NCBI RefSeq assembly: GCF_000025505.1
Contig: NC_013849.1
Span: 270,001 to 302,000 of the forward strand
Length of the DNA: 32,000 nt
Reading direction: 5' to 3'
Origin: Ferroglobus placidus DSM 10642
Lineage (GTDB): Archaea; Halobacteriota; Archaeoglobi; Archaeoglobales; Archaeoglobaceae
The notes under the pieces were generated by a model. It was not told the DNA's origin and did no database searches. It saw nothing but the letters and a program-made list of their open reading frames with translations. Below are positions 9,586 through 18,161 of the stretch, piece by piece. How positions within the stretch are numbered: position 1 is the stretch's first letter; every line of letters begins with the position of its first letter. The translations under genes were made by a program, and so were the position numbers.

Positions 9586-10603
9586 AGTTTACCTCCACGT
9601 ACTCCTTAGCCCTTCTAACAACCTCCTTCAAATGGGGCACGTCAAAAATTCTTCTCCTAACAACTTCGTTACAGGTGGATTTGTAAAGTTCAGAAACTAT
9701 TTCCTTTAACTCCTCCGGCAACCTTGGAGGAGTTCCGACGAGCTTTCTCCAGTTCTCCTTCCCCTTCACCGCTTGCAACTTCTTGTACCATTCCGTGTTT
9801 CGATAGTACATTCTCAGAAGCTCTTTACTGATTTCGAGCCCTTCAAACCTCAACCTGCATTCGTCAGGCGTTCCTAAAGCGTCAACAAGCCTCAAATTTC
9901 GCTCGGCATCCAAAGCGAACTCAAGCTTTCCGTCCTCGTGAATAATCCCTCTATCGTAGAACTCTTTCGTGAGTAAATCGTTAATCTCCAGAGTTACGTT
10001 TATGAGCTTTTGCATTTCCTCTTCGCTCAAATTGGCGATTTCCATGGCTTCCTTTTTCGAGATGTATCTGTCGTAGTCCTCGTACTTAGTCGAGAAGTCA
10101 ACTATCGGTCTTTTAAGCTTCTCTCCCGGCTTCGGCATTTCATCCAAGCCAAGATCTTCCGGTTTTATCTCTCCTCTCTCGAGCCTTCTAAAGACGCTCG
10201 AACCCTCTGGCAGGTAATTTCTGTAAATAACTTCGATTGGAAGAACGTAATTGCCCTTGAGGAGTTTGAAGGGGGTGTAATCGTACTTACCATTTACTTT
10301 TTCCGGCTTGAAAACTCTGAAAACTCTTACGAGCATTTCGTTAGTTGGTTCCCGAAGTTCGTGGGTTCTGTAAGTCATTCTGTTTACGAGGAGGGATATG
10401 TAGTGGGTTTTAACGATTTCCTTTTCCATTACTTTTTCGAAAAAGTAGGCTGAGATTACGCACAACGATGCCCCTTTCCCTTCTATCGTGTCCGGCATTA
10501 CTCCGTAGTCGAAAACTGAAAATCTGTCCGAGAACTTCATTATTCCAAGCCCGTAGTTTTTTCCGGGAAGTATCATCACGTTGAAATCTTTAACCGTTCC
10601 CAT
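9578..10603 (-). CDS. purC: SAICAR synthetase (long form, 341 aa from the chosen start)
   Basis: FSDRFSVFDYG and LVDALGTPDECRL motifs. I place the start at ATG 10603 (MGTVKDF), which is preceded by GAGGTGG 7 nt upstream. The track's longer N-terminus (MKSIKGRRRRRSKK) overlaps the purE 3' end out of frame. Confidence 0.9.
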   Translation of the reverse strand: MGTVKDFNVMILPGKNYGLGIMKFSDRFSVFDYGVMPDTIEGKGASLCVISAYFFEKVMEKEIVKTHYISLLVNRMTYRTHELREPTNEMLVRVFRVFKPEKVNGKYDYTPFKLLKGNYVLPIEVIYRNYLPEGSSVFRRLERGEIKPEDLGLDEMPKPGEKLKRPIVDFSTKYEDYDRYISKKEAMEIANLSEEEMQKLINVTLEINDLLTKEFYDRGIIHEDGKLEFALDAERNLRLVDALGTPDECRLRFEGLEISKELLRMYYRNTEWYKKLQAVKGKENWRKLVGTPPRLPEELKEIVSELYKSTCNEVVRRRIFDVPHLKEVVRRAKEYVEVNYG

Positions 10604-11063
10604 ATCTAACCACCTCATCGGCTTTTTCGATCTCCTCCTTCTTCTTCCTTTGATACTCTTCAACCTTTCTCCTCACATTATCATCGAAGAGAGCTACAAT
10701 TTTAGCTACAGCCAACGCGGCATTCTCTTCGTAGAGAACGAGCATTGGAGCTACTCCTGAAGGCATGTTTATGCTCGATAAAATGTCCATTCCCGCAAAT
10801 TTGTCGCTTATCGGTGGAGACGCTATGACCGGATTAAGCGTGTTCGCATCCACAAACCCGCTCAAAGCGTTACTTCTTCCGGCAACGGTAACGAATACTG
10901 CTTTTTCGTAGCTTTTTATAATTTCAAGGACTTTTTCCGGAGTTTTGTGAGCTGAAGCGATTCTGATCTCCGAATCGATACCGAAGTTCTCCTTCAACTT
11001 ACTTCTAATTTTTTCGCCAATTTCGAGGTCCGATTTCGAGCCGAGAATTATTACGACTTTCAA
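10590..11063 (-). CDS. purE: Class II PurE (AIR carboxylase type)
   Basis: 157 aa. GSKSDLEIG and SAHKTPEK motifs. AGRSNALSGFVDANTLNPVIASPP resembles the [24 protein letters not shown] segment of the animal PAICS AIR carboxylase domain rather than the class I AGGAAHLPG motif. Confidence 0.9.
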   Translation of the reverse strand: MKVVIILGSKSDLEIGEKIRSKLKENFGIDSEIRIASAHKTPEKVLEIIKSYEKAVFVTVAGRSNALSGFVDANTLNPVIASPPISDKFAGMDILSSINMPSGVAPMLVLYEENAALAVAKIVALFDDNVRRKVEEYQRKKKEEIEKADEVVRYGNG

Positions 11064-11344
11064 GCGCTCACCTCCTTGAGCTCTTTAACTACCTCTTCGT
11101 AAGCTTCGAGGAGCTTTTTCATAGATTTTAACTTCAAAAAGTAGTACTTTTCTCGGTGTTTTACTTCAAAATCGAGAATGCCCAGATCGTAGAGGAGCTT
11201 GAGGTGTCTCGAGGCTGAGTATTCTGATATTCCCAGCTCCTCCGCAACTTGCTTCACGTTCATTTTTCCGTTCTCCAAAATTTTCTTGAGAATTCTCCTT
11301 CTTATTCTCGCTCTCAAAGCTCTTGCGAGCTTTTCGTCCGGCAT
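11060..11344 (-). CDS. ArsR-type winged-helix transcriptional regulator with no Cys/His metal site
   Basis: RRRILKKILENGKMNVKQVAEELGISEYSASRHLKLLYDLGIL is an ArsR/SmtB-like HTH. I prefer the ATG at 11344, which forms a TGATG overlap with the upstream biotin carboxylase stop. The track start at 11386 is an alternative. ATGA overlap with the purE start. Confidence 0.7.
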   Translation of the reverse strand: MPDEKLARALRARIRRRILKKILENGKMNVKQVAEELGISEYSASRHLKLLYDLGILDFEVKHREKYYFLKLKSMKKLLEAYEEVVKELKEVSA

Positions 11345-12888
11345 CAAATCCACCCTAACGTTTTCAGTCTGCTTATCGTTTTCCAAGCTTGAGAAGTCTT
11401 CATTTCCACAACTCCGGAATCTTTCAGGTATTCCGCTATCGCCGCCGAAATTGCCGCAGCCACAATATCTTCTTCGCTGACGAAGTGGTCTGCTGTGAAA
11501 ATTTCGTCGAGTCTCTTTTTGAGATGATCTATTGCATCGAGAACGCTCTTTACTCTCTCCACTATTTTCCTCTCCTCCACGAATCTCGTGTGGGTATTTC
11601 CTTTTACGAACTCTTCGTCGTTGAGGACGACAATGTGGAAGGGTATGTTCGTCTCGACACCCTCAATTACGTACTCGTAGAGGGCTCTTCTCATTCTCGC
11701 TATGGCTTCGATTCTCGTCCTTCCCCAGGCAATTAGCTTGGAAATCATCGGATCGTAGTATGGAGGAATTTCGTAACCCATGTGAACTCCGCTGTCAACT
11801 CTAATTCCCGGTCCTCCTGGAGAGCGGTAGTGGGTTATTTTTCCAGTTCTCGGCAGGAAATTTATCGGATCTTCTGCGTTGATTCTGCACTCTATCGCGT
11901 GACCTCTAATTTTCACGTCCTCTTGATCTACGCTCATTCCCTCTCCTGAAGCTATCCTTATCTGCTCCTTGACGATGTCTATTCCTGTTACCATTTCCGT
12001 AATCGTGTGCTCTACTTGTAGCCTCGTGTTCATCTCTAAAAAGTATATCTCTCCGTCCTGGTAAAGAAACTCCATCGTTCCTGCGTTTCTGTAACCTATG
12101 TGCTTAGCTCCTTTTACAGCAATTTTCCCGAATTTTTCTCTCATCTCTTCATCGAAAATTGGCGAAGGTGCTTCCTCTATCAATTTTTGATGTCTCCTCT
12201 GAATGCTGCACTCCCTTTCTCCGAGGTGTATAACTTTGCTATCGTCGGCAAGAATCTGAAACTCTATGTGCCTCGGCTTCGGCAAGTACTTCTCTACGTA
12301 AACCGTCGGATCCTTAAAGTACTTTTCTCCGAGCTTCTTGCTTCTTTCGAAAGCTTTGACAAGCTCTTCTTCGTTGTGAGCTATAGAAATTCCTATTCCT
12401 CCTCCACCACCGCTCGCCTTTACAGCCACTGGATATCCTACTTTTTCAGCGAATTCCTTAGCCTCTTCAGCACTTTCGATCTCATCGCTTCCCGGAATAA
12501 CCGGAACTCCGGCTTCTCTCATCAACTTTCTCGCGTTAACCTTGGAACCCATCGCCTCTATCACATCAGCCGGCGGACCTATGAAAACTATTCCCTCTTC
12601 TTCGCATCTCCTTGCGAATTCGGCATTTTCCGCTAAAAATCCGTAGCCAGGATGGATAGCTTCAGCTCCACTCCTTTTGGCAACTTCTATTATCTTTTCG
12701 ATGTTTAAATAGCTTTCAGAGGGTTCGGCTTTTCCGATGTAGTAGCATTCGTCAGCGTAAACCCTGTGAAAGGACTTAACGTCTGCCTCTGAATAAACGG
12801 CTACAGTTTTAATACCGAGCTCCTTGCAAGAACGCATAACCCTAACGGCAATTTCTCCTCTGTTCGCAACGAGAATCTTCCTGAACAT
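11344..12888 (-). CDS. accC: Biotin carboxylase (acetyl-CoA carboxylase AccC or pyruvate carboxylase subunit A type)
   Basis: 514 aa. [24 protein letters not shown] and [15 protein letters not shown] motifs. The length, with a C-terminal extension of about 60 aa, fits archaeal PycA-type proteins. No biotin carrier or carboxyltransferase gene is in the window. Confidence 0.9.
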   Translation of the reverse strand: MFRKILVANRGEIAVRVMRSCKELGIKTVAVYSEADVKSFHRVYADECYYIGKAEPSESYLNIEKIIEVAKRSGAEAIHPGYGFLAENAEFARRCEEEGIVFIGPPADVIEAMGSKVNARKLMREAGVPVIPGSDEIESAEEAKEFAEKVGYPVAVKASGGGGGIGISIAHNEEELVKAFERSKKLGEKYFKDPTVYVEKYLPKPRHIEFQILADDSKVIHLGERECSIQRRHQKLIEEAPSPIFDEEMREKFGKIAVKGAKHIGYRNAGTMEFLYQDGEIYFLEMNTRLQVEHTITEMVTGIDIVKEQIRIASGEGMSVDQEDVKIRGHAIECRINAEDPINFLPRTGKITHYRSPGGPGIRVDSGVHMGYEIPPYYDPMISKLIAWGRTRIEAIARMRRALYEYVIEGVETNIPFHIVVLNDEEFVKGNTHTRFVEERKIVERVKSVLDAIDHLKKRLDEIFTADHFVSEEDIVAAAISAAIAEYLKDSGVVEMKTSQAWKTISRLKTLGWI

Positions 12889-12893
12889 TGCTT

Positions 12894-12913
12894 AGTTGCG
12901 CAACCTTGCAACT
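12894..12913. promoter_or_regulatory. Palindromic element AGTTGCGCAACCTTGCAACT between the candidate TATA and the accC start codon
   Basis: Contains the perfect palindrome GTTGCGCAAC, and AGTTGC...GCAACT arms. It starts 6 nt upstream of the accC ATG (12888). A TATA-like ATAATATATAAC (minus strand) lies near 12935-12946. Confidence 0.3.
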
Positions 12914-12978
12914 TAAAAACGTTTCGAATCAAAAGAGTTATATATTATCTTGAATTAAAATTATAAACGGTGTTCTGA

Positions 12979-14190
12979 ATGTACCGAACTTTAGCCTTTA
13001 AATCGGCTAAAACAGCCTACTGGAAACTGCTCGTGGCTAAGGAAAGTTTGGACGTCAAGAAAGGGGAAGTTTACAGGGTTGAAGTTGAGAAAATACGATT
13101 ACCTCCAAACACCATAGTTTCTCCGTTGGCGATAAAGAGACACGGCTACGGAATCGTTGTTGACGTTAAAGAGGACAAGCCGGAAAAAATCGACGGAGAG
13201 AGGAGCATAGAGGCTGCTTATTTCTTAGCCACTTCAGACGGAAACGTTGAGGAGGGAGATTTAATTGGAGTCGTTAAGGTTTATCCAGTTAAGACTGCTC
13301 CAGCGGAGATGATAAGCAGAGTTGAAGCTCCTGAAGTGAACGTTAGAATGGAAAAGAAGAAGGTGAAGCTCGTTACAAAGAAGGGAAGGAAAGAGGTGGA
13401 GATCGAAGAGCTATGGTACAGAAGGTGGAACGTCGCTGAGTGGTTCCCCATCATAGCGGACGAAGATAAAAGCGTGGAAAAGGGAAAGCTTGAGGAAATA
13501 AGGATAAAGACGATAGAGCTTCCTCCAAACACGATCCCCGTTCCTCTTTACATAATGAGAAACGCTTACGGAACAGTTCTCGATTTAGAAGCTGTTGAGC
13601 TAAAGAAAGTTGAGGAAAAAACGAGGATAAACAAAGTTTACTTCCTGCCGGTTTTTCCCGGAGAGATAAAGAAGGGGGACCTCCTAGGAGTTCTGAACGT
13701 TTATTACATTTCTGTTGGGGAGAGGAGCGTTCAGCTCTTACGCTACTTAACTGAAAAGGTTAAGGCGAGAATCGTTTACTGGGAGGATGAGTGGAGGGTC
13801 AACAGCAGCGAGATAGAAATCGAGCCGCTAAGCTTCAAGAGAAGTCCTCTCGGGCTGATAGAGCCAATATTCAGCGCTGAGAACAAGAAGCTAATAAAGG
13901 GAGTTCCGGAAGTCGTGAAGATTGAAATGCTTGAATTTCCATCTGGAACCATACTCCAACCAGTCTCCGGAAAGTCCAGAGATCAGCTGATGCTTATCGA
14001 CGTTATGAGCTTCGAACCTCCGAGACTTGTCGAGGAAGACAAGAGAATTACTCATGCGGTCGTTCTTCCAACGGAAACTACAGAGATTAAGAAAGGGGAT
14101 TACATCGGAATGATGCTCGTTTACAACGTTTCCGTTTTACTTGAGCCGTATTTCTTCATGAAGAGGCACGAGCTCAGGGGAAGTATCTAA
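12979..14190 (+). CDS. Hypothetical protein built of three tandem 140-aa modules (DUF22-like as I recall the family)
   Basis: 403 aa. The anchors LPPNTI (aa 41), LPPNTI (aa 181) and FPSGTI (aa 320) repeat. So do EEGDLIGVVKVY (aa 91), KKGDLLGVLNVY (aa 231) and KKGDYIGMMLVY (aa 371), at an exact 140-aa period. Confidence 0.8.
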   Translation: MYRTLAFKSAKTAYWKLLVAKESLDVKKGEVYRVEVEKIRLPPNTIVSPLAIKRHGYGIVVDVKEDKPEKIDGERSIEAAYFLATSDGNVEEGDLIGVVKVYPVKTAPAEMISRVEAPEVNVRMEKKKVKLVTKKGRKEVEIEELWYRRWNVAEWFPIIADEDKSVEKGKLEEIRIKTIELPPNTIPVPLYIMRNAYGTVLDLEAVELKKVEEKTRINKVYFLPVFPGEIKKGDLLGVLNVYYISVGERSVQLLRYLTEKVKARIVYWEDEWRVNSSEIEIEPLSFKRSPLGLIEPIFSAENKKLIKGVPEVVKIEMLEFPSGTILQPVSGKSRDQLMLIDVMSFEPPRLVEEDKRITHAVVLPTETTEIKKGDYIGMMLVYNVSVLLEPYFFMKRHELRGSI

Positions 14191-16468
14191 ACTCAGCCAC
14201 CTCTTTATACTTTTCCACATCCGTTTTTCTCCTCTCGCCCTTAAATACTTTCTCTATTACGTTAATCGCCCCGAGCCTATTCAAAGGCTGGTTGTTGTTA
14301 CCGCACTGATAGCTGTAAGTACACTTTGGACAACCGTCCACTCTTTGACAGCTACACTTTTTTAAAACATCGTAAGCAACTCTGAATGCCTTTTCGAGCC
14401 TCGAAAAGAGAAGCTTGCTCAATCCGTTCCCTCCTGGAGTGGCGTCGTAGACGAAGATGTCCCCTTCCGGAGTGGATATTCCTCCCATGTAGTTGCTCCC
14501 TCCTCCAGTTAACGAATTACTTGCTTCAATTAAAACGTGCTCTAAAGCGTGGAAGCTACCGGCGTAGAAGTCTTCGTAGTCCATGTAGTCCGGGAAGGGA
14601 GAGGAGAACAGGAATCCTTTAGTTCTAAAAGTGTAGCTTACGGGCTCGTTTAAGTAGTTTATTCCGAGTTTCTCTCCGGTATATACGTTTTTAACAACGT
14701 AACCGAAGACTGAGATCGTCACATCCATATCGCAGTAGACAGCATTTACCGGCTTTTCTATTTCTTCGATCTCCTTTATAATCCTCGGAATGGACGTGTA
14801 GAGAGGATCGGTGATCTCCTCTCCTCTCTCGTAAGGCTCAACTTCGGCAACGAAGTTCTTAAGGTCGAGTTTCAAGCTCCTAATTCTTCTGCCGGCATGG
14901 ATAACAATTCCTCCGGGGAAAAGCTCCTTTATAGCCATGGGTAACGCTCTTTCTCCAATCTCCTTTCCTTCGAGCAGTATTTTTACCCTTTCTCCAATTC
15001 CCCTCATGTTGAATTTTTTCAGGAACTCCTCAGCCTTCCTCGTCGCGAGGTATAATCCTCCAGCATTAACCAGATATCCCTCTTTCGCGTATTTTTCCAA
15101 ATCCTCTACTTCTCCCTCAAAAATTGCTTTTTCCTTAGCCATGGAGAGAATGTGGTATTTCTTCAACTCCTCGTTGTCCTTTTCAGCGTAGCAGAACATC
15201 TCGTCTTTAAAATACTCCTCGGGGTTGTTTCTGTAGTAGTTAGCTATGGAATCGTCTTCTCTCAAAATCAGCACTCCAACGCTTTCCTGTCCTTTTCTTC
15301 CAGCTCTTCCGCACCTCTGGAGGAATTGAGGGAAAGGAACTAATTCGGAAACGACTACTTCCACATCGCCTATGTCTATTCCCAGCTCAAGGGTTGAAGT
15401 TGCCACGACAATTTTGACTCTACCTTCTTTAAACTCTTTCTCAACCCTTCTCCTCTCTTTCTTCGTCATTCCACCTTTGTGCACTCTCGCCACTATTCCT
15501 TCTCTGTTCAAAATCCATGCTATGGTTTCGACAGCTTTATAGCTATTGGCAAATACGAGCGTCTTTTTTCCGAGCAAAGATTTAACGCAGTCCTTTACGG
15601 CTCCGTAGAAACTTGGAGTGTAGCGCATTATGAAGTGGAGAGTACCTTTTCTCCCGGATGATTTAACGACTTCAAACTTCTTACCAAAAACGTATTCAGC
15701 GAACTCCTTAGGGTTTGCTATTGTGGCTGTAGACGCTATTACCCTAAAATCCGAAAACCTTTCGAGTCTTTTCACGAGCCAGGCAACGTTGGAGCCAAGC
15801 AGTCCGCTGTAGCTGTGAAGTTCGTCGAAAACGAGAAACCTAACCTTTTCGGCAACTCTCCTGAATGCCGGAGTGTTTCTTAGGTGGTAATCAACCATGT
15901 CGGGATTTGTTAGAATTAAATCGGCTCTACCGCTCAGAACTTCCCTTCTTTCGCTATATCCAGAATCTCCGTCGAACTTTACCGCGTTAAATCCGAAGAA
16001 GGAGGAGTAGTAGGAAATCTTTTCATATTGATCGCTCGCTAAAGCTTTTGTCGGATAAAATATCAGAGCTTTTTCACCTTTCTTCAAACTTTCGAGGATG
16101 GGAATTGTGAACGCTTCAGTCTTACCGAAGCCGGTTGGAGCAACTATTACGACGTTCTTTCCTTCTCTTATCTTTTCAATAGCCTCAACCTGAAACTTGT
16201 ATAGAGACTTGATTCCTCTCGATAACAGGGCTGATTTGGCTCTTTCCGAGAGATTTACTTCGCTTAAATCGATTCTCTCGACCTCTTCTGGATCGAACTT
16301 TCTATAGACAACTATCTCGTCCTCGGTGTCGAACAACCCTTTTAGCTCGCGAACTCCGCAGTATTTTTCGAAAATTTCCAAGTTCTTCTGTCGCGTGGAG
16401 ATTCTCTCGCAGATGCATCTGCTCTTTATTCTACCGCACTTCGGACAGAAGAAATCTTCTGCTTTCAT
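14174..16468 (-). CDS. DExH-box helicase with N-terminal Zn ribbon and C-terminal DUF1998/MrfA-type Zn-binding (MZB) domain
   Basis: 764 aa. CPKCGRIKSRCIC; Q motif LYKFQVEAI; APTGFGKT; FDELH; STAT; QRCGRAGR. C-terminal HALEHVL...CSCQRVDGCPKCTYSYQCGNNNQPLNR is the four-Cys DUF1998 signature. Confidence 0.9.
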   Translation of the reverse strand: MKAEDFFCPKCGRIKSRCICERISTRQKNLEIFEKYCGVRELKGLFDTEDEIVVYRKFDPEEVERIDLSEVNLSERAKSALLSRGIKSLYKFQVEAIEKIREGKNVVIVAPTGFGKTEAFTIPILESLKKGEKALIFYPTKALASDQYEKISYYSSFFGFNAVKFDGDSGYSERREVLSGRADLILTNPDMVDYHLRNTPAFRRVAEKVRFLVFDELHSYSGLLGSNVAWLVKRLERFSDFRVIASTATIANPKEFAEYVFGKKFEVVKSSGRKGTLHFIMRYTPSFYGAVKDCVKSLLGKKTLVFANSYKAVETIAWILNREGIVARVHKGGMTKKERRRVEKEFKEGRVKIVVATSTLELGIDIGDVEVVVSELVPFPQFLQRCGRAGRKGQESVGVLILREDDSIANYYRNNPEEYFKDEMFCYAEKDNEELKKYHILSMAKEKAIFEGEVEDLEKYAKEGYLVNAGGLYLATRKAEEFLKKFNMRGIGERVKILLEGKEIGERALPMAIKELFPGGIVIHAGRRIRSLKLDLKNFVAEVEPYERGEEITDPLYTSIPRIIKEIEEIEKPVNAVYCDMDVTISVFGYVVKNVYTGEKLGINYLNEPVSYTFRTKGFLFSSPFPDYMDYEDFYAGSFHALEHVLIEASNSLTGGGSNYMGGISTPEGDIFVYDATPGGNGLSKLLFSRLEKAFRVAYDVLKKCSCQRVDGCPKCTYSYQCGNNNQPLNRLGAINVIEKVFKGERRKTDVEKYKEVAEFRYFP

Positions 16469-16827
16469 CCGAGGATCGATAGAATTTTCTTTACCCTTTC
16501 GTCTATCAAGCTGTATATTCTGAACTTGCCAACGACGTCTTCTCTTACTATCTTCGCATCTCTTAGCTTAGCTAAGTGGTGGCTTACGAGCGTTTGATCC
16601 TTTCCTACGACTGCCGAAAGAACGCAGACGCATTGCGGTGAGCTTAAAAGAGTTCGCACTATCTGAAGTCTTATCGGATTGGATATAGCTTTTAAAATTC
16701 TTGAATACTCTTCCAGCTCTTTATCGCTATAGTATTCGATTATGGCATCTTCGTTGCAGATGCAAGCGTCTTCTTCGACAACTAAGTCTCCTACTCTCAC
16801 CTTCACGACCATCCTCCGACCCCTCAT
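16465..16827 (-). CDS. ArsR/SmtB-family regulator with CVC and CIC cysteine pairs
   Basis: 120 aa. LKAISNPIRLQIVRTLLSSPQCVCVLSAVVGKDQTLVSHHLAKLRDAKIV carries a CVC at the position of the ELCVCDL metalloid site of ArsR. An extra CIC lies in the N-terminal extension. There are 4-nt ATGA overlaps with both neighbours. Confidence 0.8.
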   Translation of the reverse strand: MRGRRMVVKVRVGDLVVEEDACICNEDAIIEYYSDKELEEYSRILKAISNPIRLQIVRTLLSSPQCVCVLSAVVGKDQTLVSHHLAKLRDAKIVREDVVGKFRIYSLIDERVKKILSILG

Positions 16828-17132
16828 TGAATGAATTGCAGCAGCTGACTAAATACTTCGTCGAAGATGTGTATTCCGTTCATTTCCAAGATAACGTTTA
16901 ATATCGCACCTATTATCGCTCCCACGATAAGGGAGGAGATAACTCTTACCTTGACTATCAATACGATCGCTATTATCAGAAGAACGAGAGTCGACATCGC
17001 TCCCAAGTTGGCGAGCTTTTGCTCAGTTTCTTCCATAGTCTTGTTGAGAAAGTCGAAAAGCGTCGATATTCCGCTCATTCCGAAGAGTAGCCCTATTATC
17101 AAGCCCACTGCTATCATAGCTTTCTCGCTCAT
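16824..17132 (-). CDS. Small membrane protein (102 aa, 3 predicted TM segments)
   Basis: Hydrophobic stretches AVGLIIGLLFGMSGI, MSTLVLLIIAIVLIV and SSLIVGAIIGAILNVIL. First gene of the ArsR-helicase operon. A TATA-like box lies 23 nt upstream. Confidence 0.65.
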   Translation of the reverse strand: MSEKAMIAVGLIIGLLFGMSGISTLFDFLNKTMEETEQKLANLGAMSTLVLLIIAIVLIVKVRVISSLIVGAIIGAILNVILEMNGIHIFDEVFSQLLQFIQ

Positions 17133-17154
17133 AAAGAGATGTTTCTCCCGGCGG

Positions 17155-17161
17155 TATAAAA
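17155..17161 (-). promoter_or_regulatory. Candidate TATA box (TTTTATA) for the membrane-ArsR-helicase operon; probably a leaderless mRNA
   Basis: The minus strand reads ATCTTTTATACCGCC. The box ends 23 nt upstream of the ATG at 17132. Confidence 0.4.
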
Positions 17162-17498
17162 GATATTCTTAGCTGTGTGAAAGTTCCTTCGAATCCTCTT
17201 AAATAGCGTGGGAGTTTAGCAGTTTGTCGATAAAACCTTTTTAAAAAGATCTTCGAGGAGTGTAAGAGTGGAAATTTTAGCCGACTATAAAGCGGAACTT
17301 TCGAATTTGAGTACGAATTTATGGTCGAGGACTCGTTTCTGGTTTTCTTTGTGGGTGATACGAAAACAATTCCAAGAGTCGTTGTGGGATCTCTCGGTTT
17401 TAGAGCTCCGGCAATTCTCGGAAAAGGATGGGAAAAGTTGACGTAAAAATCGGGCTTCCAGATAAAGTTGATGAGACTAAGGTTTCTGTCGTGCTTTT

Positions 17499-18053
17499 TT
17501 AGCTTTTAATAGCTTTTATTACGATGTAGCAAACGAGAAAGTAGCTAAAAGCAATCGCGGCTGCTTCAACGAATAATACAAACGAAGAAATGAAGAAGTA
17601 GGCAAACTTGCCGAGCTTAACAACGCTTCTGTAATCCAGGAAATGCATGAAATCTATCGAGTATGTGGGTTTAGTCATAGCATTGGAGAAACCCCAGAGG
17701 AAAATGATGGCAAGAATTATTGAAAAAGATAGAAACATATTTCTCCTCTCCTCTTCTGTCGTTCGCTTCTCGAAAGGAATTATTGAAATGTTCATTCCGA
17801 GGGCTATCTGGGTTGCGAGGATTAACATGAGAACCGTACCTAAAAGAGACGCGTATTCGATAGGAAGTTTCGCCATTTGAGTTGTGGCAAGCGAGAGCGT
17901 AGATGCTAGCAAGAGAGTAACCGCAACCCTGTAACCGGCTTTTAGCTTGCTCAATGCCCTGTAAGTGGCGAGGGCGTAGAGGGTTAGCAGAAGAGACGGT
18001 ATTAGGAACACGAGCACGAGAAAGAATAAGAATCCCTCAATCACCTCTTTCAC
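17499..18053 (-). CDS. Polytopic membrane protein, unknown function
   Basis: 184 aa with about 6 hydrophobic helices. GTG start in the track; the exact start is uncertain (GAGGTGA motif at the 5' end). Confidence 0.6.
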   Translation of the reverse strand: MKEVIEGFLFFLVLVFLIPSLLLTLYALATYRALSKLKAGYRVAVTLLLASTLSLATTQMAKLPIEYASLLGTVLMLILATQIALGMNISIIPFEKRTTEEERRNMFLSFSIILAIIFLWGFSNAMTKPTYSIDFMHFLDYRSVVKLGKFAYFFISSFVLFVEAAAIAFSYFLVCYIVIKAIKS

Positions 18054-18161
18054 CTCGCCTGGATGAATTTATCGGCAAGACGATCTTAAAAATTCCTCTC
18101 TCTCTGCTGATGTCTTCGTATAAGCTCAAAGCCGCAAAAAGATTAAGGAAAAGAGCCCGAG

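Noticed and set aside
10604-10663. N-terminal extension of purC in the track (MKSIKGRRRRRSKKPMRWLD)
   Set aside because: It overlaps the purE 3' end out of frame and is a low-complexity basic run. A GAGGTGG SD precedes the internal ATG at 10603, which starts the conserved PurC sequence.
17196-17220. CCTTCGAATCCTCTTAAATAGCG, resembling the CRISPR repeat core AATCCTCTT and, superficially, a tRNA T-arm
   Set aside because: Only 9 contiguous nt match the repeat, and the flanks diverge. No acceptor or anticodon stems can be drawn, so it is neither a solo repeat nor a tRNA fragment.
17461-17500. GTTGATGA ... CTGT, resembling the start of a C/D box sRNA
   Set aside because: The C box has a pyrimidine at the R position. 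No CUGA D or D' box occurs at the required 12-nt spacing, and there is no C' box.
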